Positions 1 through 9,472 of a stretch of 45,995 bases of DNA are shown here, piece by piece. The translations under genes and the position numbers were made by a program. The DNA comes from Pseudobdellovibrionaceae bacterium (lineage in GTDB: Bacteria > Bdellovibrionota > Bdellovibrionia > Bdellovibrionales > Bdellovibrionaceae), in assembly GCA_041288045.1 (NCBI GenBank), contig JBGGMM010000004.1, positions 1 to 45,995 on the forward strand. The letters run 5' to 3'. Numbering within the stretch: the first letter of the stretch is position 1; each line of letters starts with the position of its first letter. The notes beneath the pieces were generated by a model. It worked only from the letters and a program-made list of their open reading frames with translations, made no database searches and was not told the origin of the DNA.

Positions 1-279
1 ACCACCAACGAAGCCAGTCACTTTTGAAGATTGCTTTACCAATTGCCAAGTTTCGTCATTCAAATTCATGTTTACAAAAATATAGCCGGGAAAGAACTTG
101 CGAGACTTGGTTTGTTTTTGCCCTTTCACAAGTTGAACGACGTTTTCAGCGGGAATCAGAATATCACCGAAAAATTGCTCCATTTTCTTTGAACGAATCC
201 GTTCGACAATGGCCGATTTGGCTGTTGCTTCACAGCCCGTTTGAACATTGACGATGTACCATTTTTTATCCGCGTTCAT
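1..279 (-). CDS. nusG: Transcription termination/antitermination factor NusG (N-terminal part; runs off the window)
   Basis: Manual translation: MNADKKWYIVNVQTGCE...ILIPAE...KFFPGYIFVNMNLNDETWQLVKQSSKVTGFVGG, the NusG NGN motifs; directly downstream of secE; not in the ORF track. Confidence 0.96.
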   Translation of the reverse strand, partial: MNADKKWYIVNVQTGCEATAKSAIVERIRSKKMEQFFGDILIPAENVVQLVKGQKQTKSRKFFPGYIFVNMNLNDETWQLVKQSSKVTGFVGG

Positions 280-291
280 GCTTTCCCCTTC

Positions 292-675
292 TCAGTGACT
301 GCCCATGATCCATTTCAGGACCACGCCAGAAGCCAAATCAAAGCCTGTAATCAACAAACTTGAAATCGCCACCATGATCAGAACCACGATGGTCATTGCT
401 GTTGTGTCCTTGCGTGAAGGCCAAACAACCTTGCGAATTTCAACAGCAACCTCGTCTCCCCAAGTTAGAACCCGAGGATTGAATTGAAGAACTGCAAACA
501 AAACAATCCCAACCCCTACTGGCAAACCGTGACGAACAAGATCTGAGTCGGCGGCTCTGGCAATCACTCCAAATGCACCCGATAAAGATTTGATCAAAAG
601 ATGCAAAGTCACCCCTGCAATCGCCCCAGCCAAAGCAAAACTCAATGTCAGTACTTTCGAATTTGTTTTATCCAT
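292..675 (-). CDS. secE: Preprotein translocase subunit SecE
   Basis: EIRKVVWPSRKD motif plus TM helices; position between tRNA-Trp and nusG. Confidence 0.95.
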   Translation of the reverse strand: MDKTNSKVLTLSFALAGAIAGVTLHLLIKSLSGAFGVIARAADSDLVRHGLPVGVGIVLFAVLQFNPRVLTWGDEVAVEIRKVVWPSRKDTTAMTIVVLIMVAISSLLITGFDLASGVVLKWIMGSH

Positions 676-727
676 GTTGTTCTTTCGCTCAATTCAATTC
701 TGTCTTTGTCACTAAATTTCAAAAAAT

Positions 728-804
728 TGGCAGGGCAGGAGGGGCTCGAACCCACAACCTAAGGATTTGGAGTCCTTCGCTCTACCAATTAGAGCTACTG
801 CCCT
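728..804 (-). tRNA. tRNA-Trp (CCA)
   Basis: Cloverleaf AGGGCAG...CTGCCCT-G-CCA, anticodon loop CT-CCA-AA, GGTTCGAG T-arm. Confidence 0.96.
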
Positions 805-909
805 GCACTCAAACCCTAAAAAATCTCAAAAAACACGGCCTTCTTAAAAGCCGAAGGGGACTCCCTTTCGAGATGTCCCCAAATGCTGTTTTAACCGCTT
901 TAAAACTGA

Positions 910-2100
910 TTATTCAGTAATTGCAGTTACAACGCCGGCGCCAACAGTTCTGCCACCTTCACGGATCGCAAAACGCAGCTCTTTTTCCATAGCGATTGGA
1001 GCGATCAACTCAACATCAAGTTCAACGCGGTCGCCAGGCATAACCATCTCAGTTCCAGCCTTCAGAGTCACAACGCCAGTAACGTCAGTTGTTCTGAAGT
1101 AGAATTGAGGACGGTAGCCGTTGAAGAATGGAGTATGACGTCCACCTTCTTCTTTTGTCAGGATGTAGGCTTCAGCTTTGAATTTCTTGTGTGGTTTTAC
1201 AGAGCCTGGCTTCGCCAAAACCTGTCCACGCTCAACTTCTTCTTTCTTTGTCCCACGAAGAAGAACACCGCAGTTGTCTCCAGCTTGACCTTCATCCAAC
1301 AACTTACGGAACATTTCGATTCCAGTGACAGTTGTTTTTTGAGTTGGGCGGATCCCGATGATTTCAACTTCTTCACCCACTTTAACGATTCCACGCTCAA
1401 CACGGCCAGTAACAACTGTTCCACGACCAGAGATTGAGAAGACGTCTTCGACAGGCATCAAGAAAGTTTTGTCAGTCGCACGAACCGGCTCAGGGATGTA
1501 AGCATCGCAAGCTTCCATCAATTTCATCACAGAAGGACGACCGAGTTCAGAAGTGTCACCTTCCAAAGCCAATTTGGCAGAACCTTTCACGATTGGAATT
1601 TTGTCTCCAGGAAATTCGTATTTAGAAAGCAGTTCGCGGATTTCAAGCTCAACAAGCTCAAGAAGTTCTTTGTCATCAACCATGTCCACTTTGTTCATGA
1701 ACACGACGAGAGCAGGAACACCAACCTGACGAGCCAGGAGGATGTGCTCACGAGTTTGTGGCATTGGACCGTCAGCTGCGGAAACAACCAAGATCGCGCC
1801 GTCCATTTGAGCAGCACCTGTGATCATGTTTTTGACGTAGTCAGCATGTCCGGGGCAGTCAACGTGTGCATAGTGACGTTTTTCTGTCTCATATTCAACG
1901 TGAGTTGTAGAGATTGTGATCCCACGTTCTTTTTCTTCAGGAGACTTATCGATTTGGTCATAGCTCATTGCTTGAGCCTTACCCAAGGTTGCCAAAGTTG
2001 TTGTGATCGCCGCAGTCAAAGTCGTCTTACCATGGTCAACGTGACCAATAGTGCCGATGTTAACGTGAGGCTTCGAGCGGTTAAATTTCTCTTTTGACAT
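910..2100 (-). CDS. tuf: Elongation factor Tu
   Basis: [22 protein letters not shown] motifs; 396 aa. Confidence 0.99.
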   Translation of the reverse strand: MSKEKFNRSKPHVNIGTIGHVDHGKTTLTAAITTTLATLGKAQAMSYDQIDKSPEEKERGITISTTHVEYETEKRHYAHVDCPGHADYVKNMITGAAQMDGAILVVSAADGPMPQTREHILLARQVGVPALVVFMNKVDMVDDKELLELVELEIRELLSKYEFPGDKIPIVKGSAKLALEGDTSELGRPSVMKLMEACDAYIPEPVRATDKTFLMPVEDVFSISGRGTVVTGRVERGIVKVGEEVEIIGIRPTQKTTVTGIEMFRKLLDEGQAGDNCGVLLRGTKKEEVERGQVLAKPGSVKPHKKFKAEAYILTKEEGGRHTPFFNGYRPQFYFRTTDVTGVVTLKAGTEMVMPGDRVELDVELIAPIAMEKELRFAIREGGRTVGAGVVTAITE

Positions 2101-2221
2101 TTTTTTTCCTCCTGAATGGAACTTAATTAAATTTCTTTTTTAAACCTGACTCAAATTCTTTTTTTAAAAACCAATTCAAAATCTCAATTCGCCCTTCGAT
2201 TCGCTTTTGGCTCATCTTAGT

Positions 2222-2296
2222 TGGAGCCCGTGATCGGAGCCGAACCGACGACCTCACCCTTACCAAGGGTGCGCTCTACCACTGAGCTACACGGGC
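2222..2296 (-). tRNA. tRNA-Thr (GGT)
   Basis: GCCCGTG...CACGGGC-T-CCA; anticodon loop TT-GGT-AA. Confidence 0.96.
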
Positions 2297-2304
2297 GCGC
2301 TGCC

Positions 2305-2346
2305 CTGAATACAGAATTCTGAATACGGAATTCAGAGTTCGGTATT
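2305..2346. repeat. Six degenerate tandem heptamers (CTGAATA CAGAATT CTGAATA CGGAATT CAGAGTT CGGTATT) in the tRNA spacer
   Basis: Directly visible 7-nt periodicity. Confidence 0.75.
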
Positions 2347-2423
2347 TGGAGCGGGAGACGGGTCTCGAACCCGCAACCCTCAGCTTGGAAGGCTGATACT
2401 CTAGCCAATTGAGCTACTCCCGC
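2347..2423 (-). tRNA. tRNA-Gly (TCC)
   Basis: GCGGGAG...CTCCCGC-T-CCA; anticodon loop CT-TCC-AA. Confidence 0.96.
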
Positions 2424-2478
2424 CCTTGTCTTCTGCTGTTTCAACCAATCAAAATCTAACTCTCGAAAGAGCAGAAAT

Positions 2479-2564
2479 TGGTGGAGGAGGAAGGATTCGA
2501 ACCTTCGTAGGCGTAAGCCAACGGATTTACAGTCCGTCCCCTTTAGCCACTCGGGCACCCCTCC
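2479..2564 (-). tRNA. tRNA-Tyr (GTA)
   Basis: GGAGGGG...CTCCTCC-A-CCA; anticodon loop CT-GTA-AA; long variable arm. Confidence 0.96.
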
Positions 2565-2600
2565 GAGTTGATTCAACAAAAGACTGTGATCTCATAGATT

Positions 2601-2676
2601 TGGAGCTGGTTATGGGACTCGAACCCGCAACCTGCTGATTACAAATCAGCTGCTCTACCAATTGAGCTAAACCAGC
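2601..2676 (-). tRNA. tRNA-Thr (TGT)
   Basis: GCTGGTT...AACCAGC-T-CCA; anticodon loop TT-TGT-AA; canonical Thr-Tyr-Gly-Thr-tuf cluster. Confidence 0.96.
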
Positions 2677-2698
2677 CCTGATGAGACACGACCGAAAG

Positions 2699-2727
2699 GT
2701 TCTATGAAGAAAAGCACCTCTAGTCAA
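2699..2727 (-). promoter_or_regulatory. Candidate sigma70 promoter of the tRNA-tuf operon
   Basis: TTGACT-N17-TAGAAC about 20 nt upstream of tRNA-Thr. Confidence 0.5.
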
Positions 2728-2730
2728 AGC

Positions 2731-3588
2731 CTAATTTGAAAGTTTTTTCTGGGATTGCTGACGGTAGGTTTCGGTCAGAGCAATGGCTGTCGCCACTGAA
2801 GCATTGTAGCTAGCTGCAGCACTTAGTTGTGGAATACGGACCAATTCATCACAAAGACGTTCTGTGGTGGAACGCAGACCTTTCTCTTCGGAACCAATAC
2901 ACCAGACGACTTTTTCTGGGATTTGCAAATCGAATAGAGAGCGCTCTCCTTCGTGCGAAAGACCAAATACCCAGTATCCACTTTTCTTTAAAGATTCTAA
3001 TGGGTTAGAGAAGTTCGAAGTGCGTTCAAGTGGCACATGTTCCACTCCGCCGCAGGCGACTTTATGAACAGTTGATGTGAGGCCGACGGAGCGATCTTCA
3101 GGGGTCATGACACCGGCGACTCCCATCAGCCAAGCCGTGCGCAGAATAGCCCCTAAATTTTGTGGATCCTCAATCCCATCCAAGACAAGAAAAAGTCCCT
3201 TTTCTTGAGATTTTAAGGCTTCCCAATTGAGTTCTGGCGTCTGATCGGAAAATACGGCAGCTCCCTGATGGGAAGGAGAAACTTTGTCTAAGAATGCAGC
3301 AGGAACAGCTTCGATTTTGAGGCCTCGGCTTTTGAATTCTTGGCCGAGCTCTTTGAGTTCCTGGGAGGACTCCCAACCCTGTTTAAGCCAAACTTGCTTG
3401 ATGCTTTTTGGGCGAACTTTGAAAACTTCAAGAATGGCGTGCTGGCCGATAATGGCTCTCCAATCCCGAGGCCAATTCGGACCTTTGGCTTCAGGCGCTG
3501 AACGAGCTGAAGGACGACCGGCAGATCGCGCAGGAGATCGGGGCGAATTTGTTGGACGAGAAGAGGGAGAACGAAAATTTTTTTTCAT
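2731..3588 (-). CDS. rlmB: TrmH/SpoU-family RNA 2'-O-methyltransferase (RlmB-like)
   Basis: HQG, LDGIEDPQNLGAILRTA, GSEEKGL, SYNASVA SPOUT motifs. Confidence 0.85.
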   Translation of the reverse strand: MKKNFRSPSSRPTNSPRSPARSAGRPSARSAPEAKGPNWPRDWRAIIGQHAILEVFKVRPKSIKQVWLKQGWESSQELKELGQEFKSRGLKIEAVPAAFLDKVSPSHQGAAVFSDQTPELNWEALKSQEKGLFLVLDGIEDPQNLGAILRTAWLMGVAGVMTPEDRSVGLTSTVHKVACGGVEHVPLERTSNFSNPLESLKKSGYWVFGLSHEGERSLFDLQIPEKVVWCIGSEEKGLRSTTERLCDELVRIPQLSAAASYNASVATAIALTETYRQQSQKKLSN

Positions 3589-3825
3589 CGGATGAGAGTT
3601 TTAGCTGATTTTACTCCTAAGGGAAAGCTTTCAGCGGGAATCAGTATTTTTTATCCAGCCACTCAGATTTGGCTGGCGATTTGACTTCTCGGTGAAAATT
3701 TTCTGAACACTTCGTCGTGGAACGCCTTAGCTCCCCTGCCATTGCCTTTCAGGACTTCGCATCGCTTCCGAGATTTACAAGTTTTTCTTTTCGGACCAGT
3801 CTAAGGGTCTTCAAGGAGAATCAGT

Positions 3826-4563
3826 GTGAGAATTCGGGCTTTCGTTGTCCTTTGTCTGACCTTTTTGCTTTCGTCATGCGCTTCTTATTTCACTCGAAAA
3901 GATTGCGAAAAAATGAACTGGTATCAGATCGGATATGATGCCGCCCTTCGCGGTGATCGAATTTCTAACGACGAGACCGTGAACAAGTGCCGAAAAGTGG
4001 AAGCTGAGATTTCCGAGTCCCAATTGGATGTGGGATTCAAAGCTGGAATGAGTCGTTATTGCCAAGCCGATGGCGTTTTTCAGACAGGAAAGAACGGCGA
4101 TCTTTTCAATACTGATTTCTGCGAGCCGGGTCAGCTTTCCTTTCTGAGAAAGCGCCATCAGGACGGACTGAATTCATTTTGCACAGATGGAATGACCGCC
4201 GGGCTGAGCGGCAAAAAGTATAAAAATGTCTGCTCGCCAGGACAGGAAAAAGCATTTCTTCCTGAGTATCGAAAAGGGCGAAAAAAATATTTGCAGGGAA
4301 TGATCGGAAATACGGAATCTAAAGTTCGAGAGGCCAATCTGGAGCTGGATAAACTGTCCTATGAAAAGCGCATCACAGATGGCCGACTGGCGGTACTGCC
4401 TGTAGTAAAAACTGGAGATCAAGACCCTTATGCCAATGAGCGCTCGCGATTGAGCAGTTCTTCCAGCAGTCTTTCCTCTTCGATTTATTACAAAAATCAA
4501 GAAAAGCAAAAGTGGGAGAAAGATCTCGACACTTTTAAGCAGGAGTTAGTCACTCTTGATTAA
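3826..4563 (+). CDS. Cys-rich lipoprotein, DUF2799-like, with coiled-coil C-terminus
   Basis: Lipobox LSSC; C..NWYQIGYDA and GF..G...YC repeats; RBS AAGGAG. Confidence 0.7.
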   Translation: MRIRAFVVLCLTFLLSSCASYFTRKDCEKMNWYQIGYDAALRGDRISNDETVNKCRKVEAEISESQLDVGFKAGMSRYCQADGVFQTGKNGDLFNTDFCEPGQLSFLRKRHQDGLNSFCTDGMTAGLSGKKYKNVCSPGQEKAFLPEYRKGRKKYLQGMIGNTESKVREANLELDKLSYEKRITDGRLAVLPVVKTGDQDPYANERSRLSSSSSSLSSSIYYKNQEKQKWEKDLDTFKQELVTLD

Positions 4564-4565
4564 AC

Positions 4566-4597
4566 AAAAAAGCCGGCTCAGAGTCCGGCTTTTTTTT
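4566..4597. terminator. Bidirectional intrinsic terminator
   Basis: AAAAAAGCCGG-ctcagagt-CCGGCTTTTTTT between convergent genes. Confidence 0.85.
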
Positions 4598-4688
4598 ATT
4601 TTCTCTTTTTCACATTCAGCATTCGCTTTTTCTTAGCGATTCTCTTTTTGTGAAAACGAACACTTTTGTTTCGGACTTTTTTTGCCAT
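4596..4688 (-). CDS. Unannotated 30-aa Lys/Arg-rich protein MAKKVRNKSVRFHKKRIAKKKRMLNVKKRK
   Basis: ATG preceded by AGGAG, candidate promoter TTGATG-N17-TTCAAT (4714-4742), stop abutting the terminator. Confidence 0.75.
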   Translation of the reverse strand: MAKKVRNKSVRFHKKRIAKKKRMLNVKKRK

Positions 4689-4754
4689 TGGTGATCTCCT
4701 TGTTCGAATTCAAATTGAAACACTGACTTGAAAAAACATCAAGACTGAGATTTC

Positions 4755-5462
4755 TCAGTGAGCGGATTCAATGGCTTTTAAATACTCTTGTGCTTTTTTC
4801 AGCGGATCTTGAGATTCAAAGATGGGACGACCCACCACAAGCACTGAGGAGCCTAGAGAAATGGCCTCTTGAGGTCCCATCACCCGCTTTTGATCCCCTT
4901 TTTCTTCGTGCGGAAAACGAATGCCGGGAGTGACGAGATAGAGATCCAAATCCTTAAGAATTTCAATTTCTTCAGCTGAACAGACGACGGATCGAAGTCC
5001 GGACCTTTTCACCAGCTCAGCCAGCTCACGAACATGCTCACGAATGGGTTGCTGACGAAAAATAGAGGGCATGGAGCTTTCTTTCCAACTGGTGAGGATT
5101 GTCACAGCCAAAATTCGAAAAGGTCGCTTTTTGGACAACTCGGCTTCAAGATCGGCCATCAGTCGGAGCGCCTCTTCACCGGCCATCGCATGAACTGTCA
5201 CCAGACTTGCGCCAGCTTCAAAACTGGTGCGAACGGCAGCTTCCATGGTTGAGGGAATATCAAAAAATTTGCAGTCGACAAAAACCGGAGCCACTTTGGC
5301 GATTTTTTGAACGAGCTCCCTTCCACCTTGATAAATCAAGCGTGGCCCGAGCTTGAAGCCTCCGACAACTCCACCCAATTGCTCAACCAGTTTCAATGCT
5401 TTCTCTTCGTGATCGACATCAAGAGGAAGACACAGGGGATTACGTAAAGGCTGGGAAGTCAT
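4755..5462 (-). CDS. pyrF: Orotidine-5'-phosphate decarboxylase
   Basis: DCKFFDIPST, TPGIR, VVGRPI motifs. Confidence 0.96.
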   Translation of the reverse strand: MTSQPLRNPLCLPLDVDHEEKALKLVEQLGGVVGGFKLGPRLIYQGGRELVQKIAKVAPVFVDCKFFDIPSTMEAAVRTSFEAGASLVTVHAMAGEEALRLMADLEAELSKKRPFRILAVTILTSWKESSMPSIFRQQPIREHVRELAELVKRSGLRSVVCSAEEIEILKDLDLYLVTPGIRFPHEEKGDQKRVMGPQEAISLGSSVLVVGRPIFESQDPLKKAQEYLKAIESAH

Positions 5463-6835
5463 TCTTCGGATCCCTTTTGCACTTCAATTCCAAAAGCTTT
5501 GATTTTTCGGTGCAAATAACTGCGCTCAAGGCCGATGATTTCAGCTGTGCGCGAAATATTGCCATTGTTCTCGCTGATTTTCTTTAACAAGTATTCTTTC
5601 TCAAATTTGGCTCGAGCTTCCCGGAAGGTTGGAAGATCTGTGTGACCTTTCCCAGCTTCTCCACCTGATAGACCAGCAAATCTAAGATCGTGAACGTCCA
5701 CTGTCTCATCCGGAGTGAGAATATAAACTCGTTCTATGAAATTTCTCAGTTCACGGACGTTTCCCGGCCAGGCATGTGAACACATTAGCTCTTTAGCCTG
5801 AAGTGAGAAAATCTTTTTCACAAATCCGCCCTCTTTGGCCACTTGATCGCTGAAATGTTCAATCAACACGGGAATGTCTTCGCCGTGCTCGCGCAGAGAG
5901 GGAACTTTGAATGTGACGACATTGATTCGATGAAAAAGATTTTCATTGAATGTTCCGGCCTGAATTTCTTTTTCCAAATCCTTCTTAGTCGCGGCAATCA
6001 GTCGAATATCGATTTCAACAAATTGGCTTCCGCCGACTCTTTGAAATTTTCTTTCCTGCAAAATGCGCAGAAGTTTTTCTTGGGCCTTTGAGCTGAGGTC
6101 ACCAATGTCATCCAGAAAAACAGTTCCGCCCTGGGCCAATTCCAATTTCCCTTTTTGAGTTCTTTCAGCACCGGCGAAAGCTCCTCTTTCATAGCCAAAA
6201 AGCTCAGTGTCAATCAGGTCTTCAGGAATCGAGGAGCAGTTGATTTCAATAAACGGCCGGCTGGCTCGTGGGCTCATGTAGTGAATGTTTTGAGCAACCA
6301 GTTCTTTTCCAGAACCGTGCTCCCCTTCCAGAAGAATCCAAGACTGCTGTGGAGCCGCCCGCACAATCATTTGCTTGAGAGCCACCATTTTGGGCGCCTC
6401 TCCCAAAAGTGCGATGCTTTTACGAAGCTTGTTGAGGAGTGCGGTTTTTTCTTCACGCTCTTGCTGGTAATGAACGATATTGGAAATAACGATGGATATT
6501 TTATCCATGGAAAGAGGCTTTTCGATAAAATCCCAAGCGCCGAGCTTGGTGGCTCGCACTGCCGTTTCGATTGTTCCGTGTCCCGAAATCATGACGAATT
6601 CAATATTGGGAAATTGCTTTCTGGCAGTGGTGAGAACTTCGATTCCGTCGAGGCTTCCGGGCATCCAAATATCGAGGAACACAATGTCTGGCTGATGCTC
6701 GCGCATAGCTTTCATGCCCGATTCGCCGTCAGAGGCCGTAAAGACAGTGTGATGCTCATCCCGAAGCGATGCCGAGAGAACTTCGCGGATGGGTGATTCG
6801 TCGTCTACTATCAGAATTTTTGCGGTCTTGTTCAT
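5459..6835 (-). CDS. ntrX: NtrX-type response regulator (REC-AAA+-HTH)
   Basis: Receiver (IVDDE, LDIWMP), AAA+ domain, C-terminal ERSYLHRKIK HTH; paired with ntrY. Confidence 0.85.
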   Translation of the reverse strand: MNKTAKILIVDDESPIREVLSASLRDEHHTVFTASDGESGMKAMREHQPDIVFLDIWMPGSLDGIEVLTTARKQFPNIEFVMISGHGTIETAVRATKLGAWDFIEKPLSMDKISIVISNIVHYQQEREEKTALLNKLRKSIALLGEAPKMVALKQMIVRAAPQQSWILLEGEHGSGKELVAQNIHYMSPRASRPFIEINCSSIPEDLIDTELFGYERGAFAGAERTQKGKLELAQGGTVFLDDIGDLSSKAQEKLLRILQERKFQRVGGSQFVEIDIRLIAATKKDLEKEIQAGTFNENLFHRINVVTFKVPSLREHGEDIPVLIEHFSDQVAKEGGFVKKIFSLQAKELMCSHAWPGNVRELRNFIERVYILTPDETVDVHDLRFAGLSGGEAGKGHTDLPTFREARAKFEKEYLLKKISENNGNISRTAEIIGLERSYLHRKIKAFGIEVQKGSEE

Positions 6836-6875
6836 AGAAGTGTCCTTCAGGTCAATGAGGGACTATATCCTGTCT

Positions 6876-9161
6876 CTAAGAAGGTCTCCAAGCCCCGACT
6901 TCATTGACGGGGAGTTCTATGAGCATCTTCGCCCCTTGAGGTTCATTCGGAAGAGCCCGGATGAATCCGCTATGATCTTCAACGATTCTTTTCACAATGG
7001 CTAAGCCCAGGCCGGTTCCACCCTCTTTGGTGCTGTAATAGGGCTCAAAAACCCGGGATCTCAAAGCAGGAGCGATTCCTGAGCCAGTATCTGTCACGGT
7101 GAGTCTCAAAATTTTCAGATCTTGATCATAGCGTGTCTGAACCGCCACAGACTTTTGAGGCTCCTGAGCAACAGCTGCAATTGCATTGTCGATCAAGTTC
7201 ACAAGCACCCGCTTGATTTGATCGGGGTCAAATTTGAAATCTGGAAGCTGGGGATCGGAATCAAAATTGAGCAGGACCTGCGGATGACTTTGGCGGAAAA
7301 TCATGAGGGCTTCTTCAACTGTTTTGTTCAAGTTGCCGATCACAGGTCGCGCCTGAGGCAGACGAGCGAAATGACTGAATTCGTTGACCAGATTTTTCAA
7401 ATCCTCTGTCTGCTTGATAATCATGGTCGTGCACTCTTCAAATGCCGGATCTGAAATTGTCGTAGAGAATTTTCTCTGCAAGCGTTCCGCTGAGAGCTTG
7501 ATGGGAGTCAGCGGATTTTTAATTTCGTGAGCGATTCTTCGGGCCACTTCTGTCCAAGCCGCCGCTCTTTGCGCATTCACAATCGGAGTCATATCATCGA
7601 ACACCAGAATTTTGCCGACTTCATTGTTGAATTCGTCTTTGAGAATCGACAAAGTCATTTGCAAAGGCACAGATTCACCCTCGACATTGATTTTCAATTC
7701 TTTTTGAATGCTTTCAATTCTGTGATCACCCATGGTTTTGAGGAGCTCAGAGAAAGTGCGGAAATATTCAAGAGTCAGAAGTTCTCGAACATGCCGACCC
7801 AAGAAATGATCGGTATCGATCCGCAAAAGGTCGCCAGCCCTGCGATTGATCGTCGTGACAATTCCATTTTGATCCACGGAAATCACTCCGGCACTGACAT
7901 TTCCTAAGACCACTTCGATGTATCGAGAGTGCTTATCGAGATTGGCCAGAGTTTCTTTCAAACTTTCGTTGGCCGATTTCACTTCTCGCTCGGAATTGGC
8001 CAGATTGACGGTCATCAGGTTGAAACTTTCAACCAGACTTGCAATCTCTTCAGAGCCGGACTTAACGGACACTGGGGTGTAGTCTCCGCCAGCAATTCGC
8101 TTTGTGGCTCGGCCCAACTGCACAAGTGGAATGGCCAGCTGCTTAGCCAAGTGAAATCCAAACCAAGTGGCGGCTAAGAGAATCACGAAGGTCATCAAGA
8201 AGAGAATGATCATGTAGATCGATTTCAGCGGGTATTCGAGAGGATTGACATCCCGGAATTCGTCATAGGCCGACGAAATATCATTCATTTTTGAAATCAA
8301 GGACAGAGGAACAAAACTTGAGACAACAATCGCGCCTCTTTCAGCACCTTCCTTGAGAGGCACGATCACTCGGACCAAATTGCCTTCACCAAACTGGTGA
8401 ATCGTGCTGGAGTCGACCTGCGAGCGAATCCCTTTCTGCAGAAATTCCAGCGACACTGGCGGAATCAAAGGAATCGTTTCGTCATCCGAAAGATAGACCT
8501 GCCTCTTACCGAAAAGACTGGGGTAGTATTCCAACGCATCCAAAGCGTAAATATGACGAAGCACTTTGAGCTTGGCTTTGACCTGGTTGGGATTTTTGAA
8601 ATTGCGAACTTCTTGTGCCACTTGGTGAGCAAAATGGTAGTTCCGTTTTTTCGCATTGAAATAGTAGGCATTGGTGACTTCGAGGGAACTTTTGAGAACT
8701 CCTGCCATTTTGACAGAAAACCATTTTTCAAAACTAGAGTTGATGTAAAAAACGGAAGTGAGAAAAATCAAAAGCGTTGGAACCGTCGAGAAAGTGACAA
8801 AAGCCGCAATCAATTTGGCTTTCAGACTGCTGCCAAAAACTTTTCCTTTTCGCTCAACGAAGACTTTCACGACATTGCGGAAAATCAGAAAAAGCAGCAA
8901 AAGCAGCAGGATAATGTTGAAATTGACCAATCCGAAAAAGAAGATCGAATGGACAAAAGGCAATTGCTGGCTGATCGAAAAAAGCCGGACTTCAAACCAT
9001 GTGAGAAGCAAAAAAAGCAGAGCGACGACAAAAACGATCACCAGCTCGCGGCGTCGCTTTTTGGATTCATGGGAAAGCGGCAAGGAAACAGGAATTCCGC
9101 TGTCTTCGAAAAATTCCTGATCGTCCGTTTGCGACGCGGGCTCGTGCTCTGGTGTTGACAT
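6876..9161 (-). CDS. ntrY: NtrY-type sensor histidine kinase (TM-HAMP-PAS-HisKA-HATPase)
   Basis: AAWTEVARRIAHEIKNPLTPIKLSAERL H-box typical of NtrY; GTGLGL G2 box. Confidence 0.88.
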   Translation of the reverse strand: MSTPEHEPASQTDDQEFFEDSGIPVSLPLSHESKKRRRELVIVFVVALLFLLLTWFEVRLFSISQQLPFVHSIFFFGLVNFNIILLLLLLFLIFRNVVKVFVERKGKVFGSSLKAKLIAAFVTFSTVPTLLIFLTSVFYINSSFEKWFSVKMAGVLKSSLEVTNAYYFNAKKRNYHFAHQVAQEVRNFKNPNQVKAKLKVLRHIYALDALEYYPSLFGKRQVYLSDDETIPLIPPVSLEFLQKGIRSQVDSSTIHQFGEGNLVRVIVPLKEGAERGAIVVSSFVPLSLISKMNDISSAYDEFRDVNPLEYPLKSIYMIILFLMTFVILLAATWFGFHLAKQLAIPLVQLGRATKRIAGGDYTPVSVKSGSEEIASLVESFNLMTVNLANSEREVKSANESLKETLANLDKHSRYIEVVLGNVSAGVISVDQNGIVTTINRRAGDLLRIDTDHFLGRHVRELLTLEYFRTFSELLKTMGDHRIESIQKELKINVEGESVPLQMTLSILKDEFNNEVGKILVFDDMTPIVNAQRAAAWTEVARRIAHEIKNPLTPIKLSAERLQRKFSTTISDPAFEECTTMIIKQTEDLKNLVNEFSHFARLPQARPVIGNLNKTVEEALMIFRQSHPQVLLNFDSDPQLPDFKFDPDQIKRVLVNLIDNAIAAVAQEPQKSVAVQTRYDQDLKILRLTVTDTGSGIAPALRSRVFEPYYSTKEGGTGLGLAIVKRIVEDHSGFIRALPNEPQGAKMLIELPVNEVGAWRPS

Positions 9162-9204
9162 GGTGACAACCAGTCTACCGAGAGCCCAAGCCCCGAGGCA
9201 ATGA

Positions 9205-9444
9205 TTACATCAAATATTCTTTGTAAATGGATTGGCCGACTTGAAAAGAAGGTCCGCCTTGCTTGATCATGCAAAGGCACAAGGTTTTGGCTTGCTCTGC
9301 TTCCAATTGAACTGTGTCTTCGACTTGCAAACCGGCTTGGATCTTTGCAGTTTCAAACAAAAGCTTTGCATTGGTTTTACTGACTCGTTGTTGCAAACGA
9401 GACAGGATCAGGCTGGTAGTGAGAATATTTTCAGATGGCATCAT
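9205..9444 (-). CDS. Small hypothetical protein
   Basis: 79-aa ORF with AAGGAG RBS, fills the gap between ribH and ntrY. Confidence 0.65.
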   Translation of the reverse strand: MMPSENILTTSLILSRLQQRVSKTNAKLLFETAKIQAGLQVEDTVQLEAEQAKTLCLCMIKQGGPSFQVGQSIYKEYLM

Positions 9445-9472
9445 AGGAACTCCTTAAGGTTGAAATGGCTGG

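Noticed and set aside
805..909. rpmG expected between tuf and tRNA-Trp
   Set aside because: Only ~105 bp, containing hairpins; no L33 ORF.
2217..2727. ORFs 2217..2579, 2426..2638 and 2527..2727
   Set aside because: They overlap four tRNA genes.
3655..3825. Possible 6S-like or leader RNA (CCAGCC/GGCTGG hairpin, CCTTAG...CTAAGG)
   Set aside because: Pairing too limited to support an RNA call by eye.
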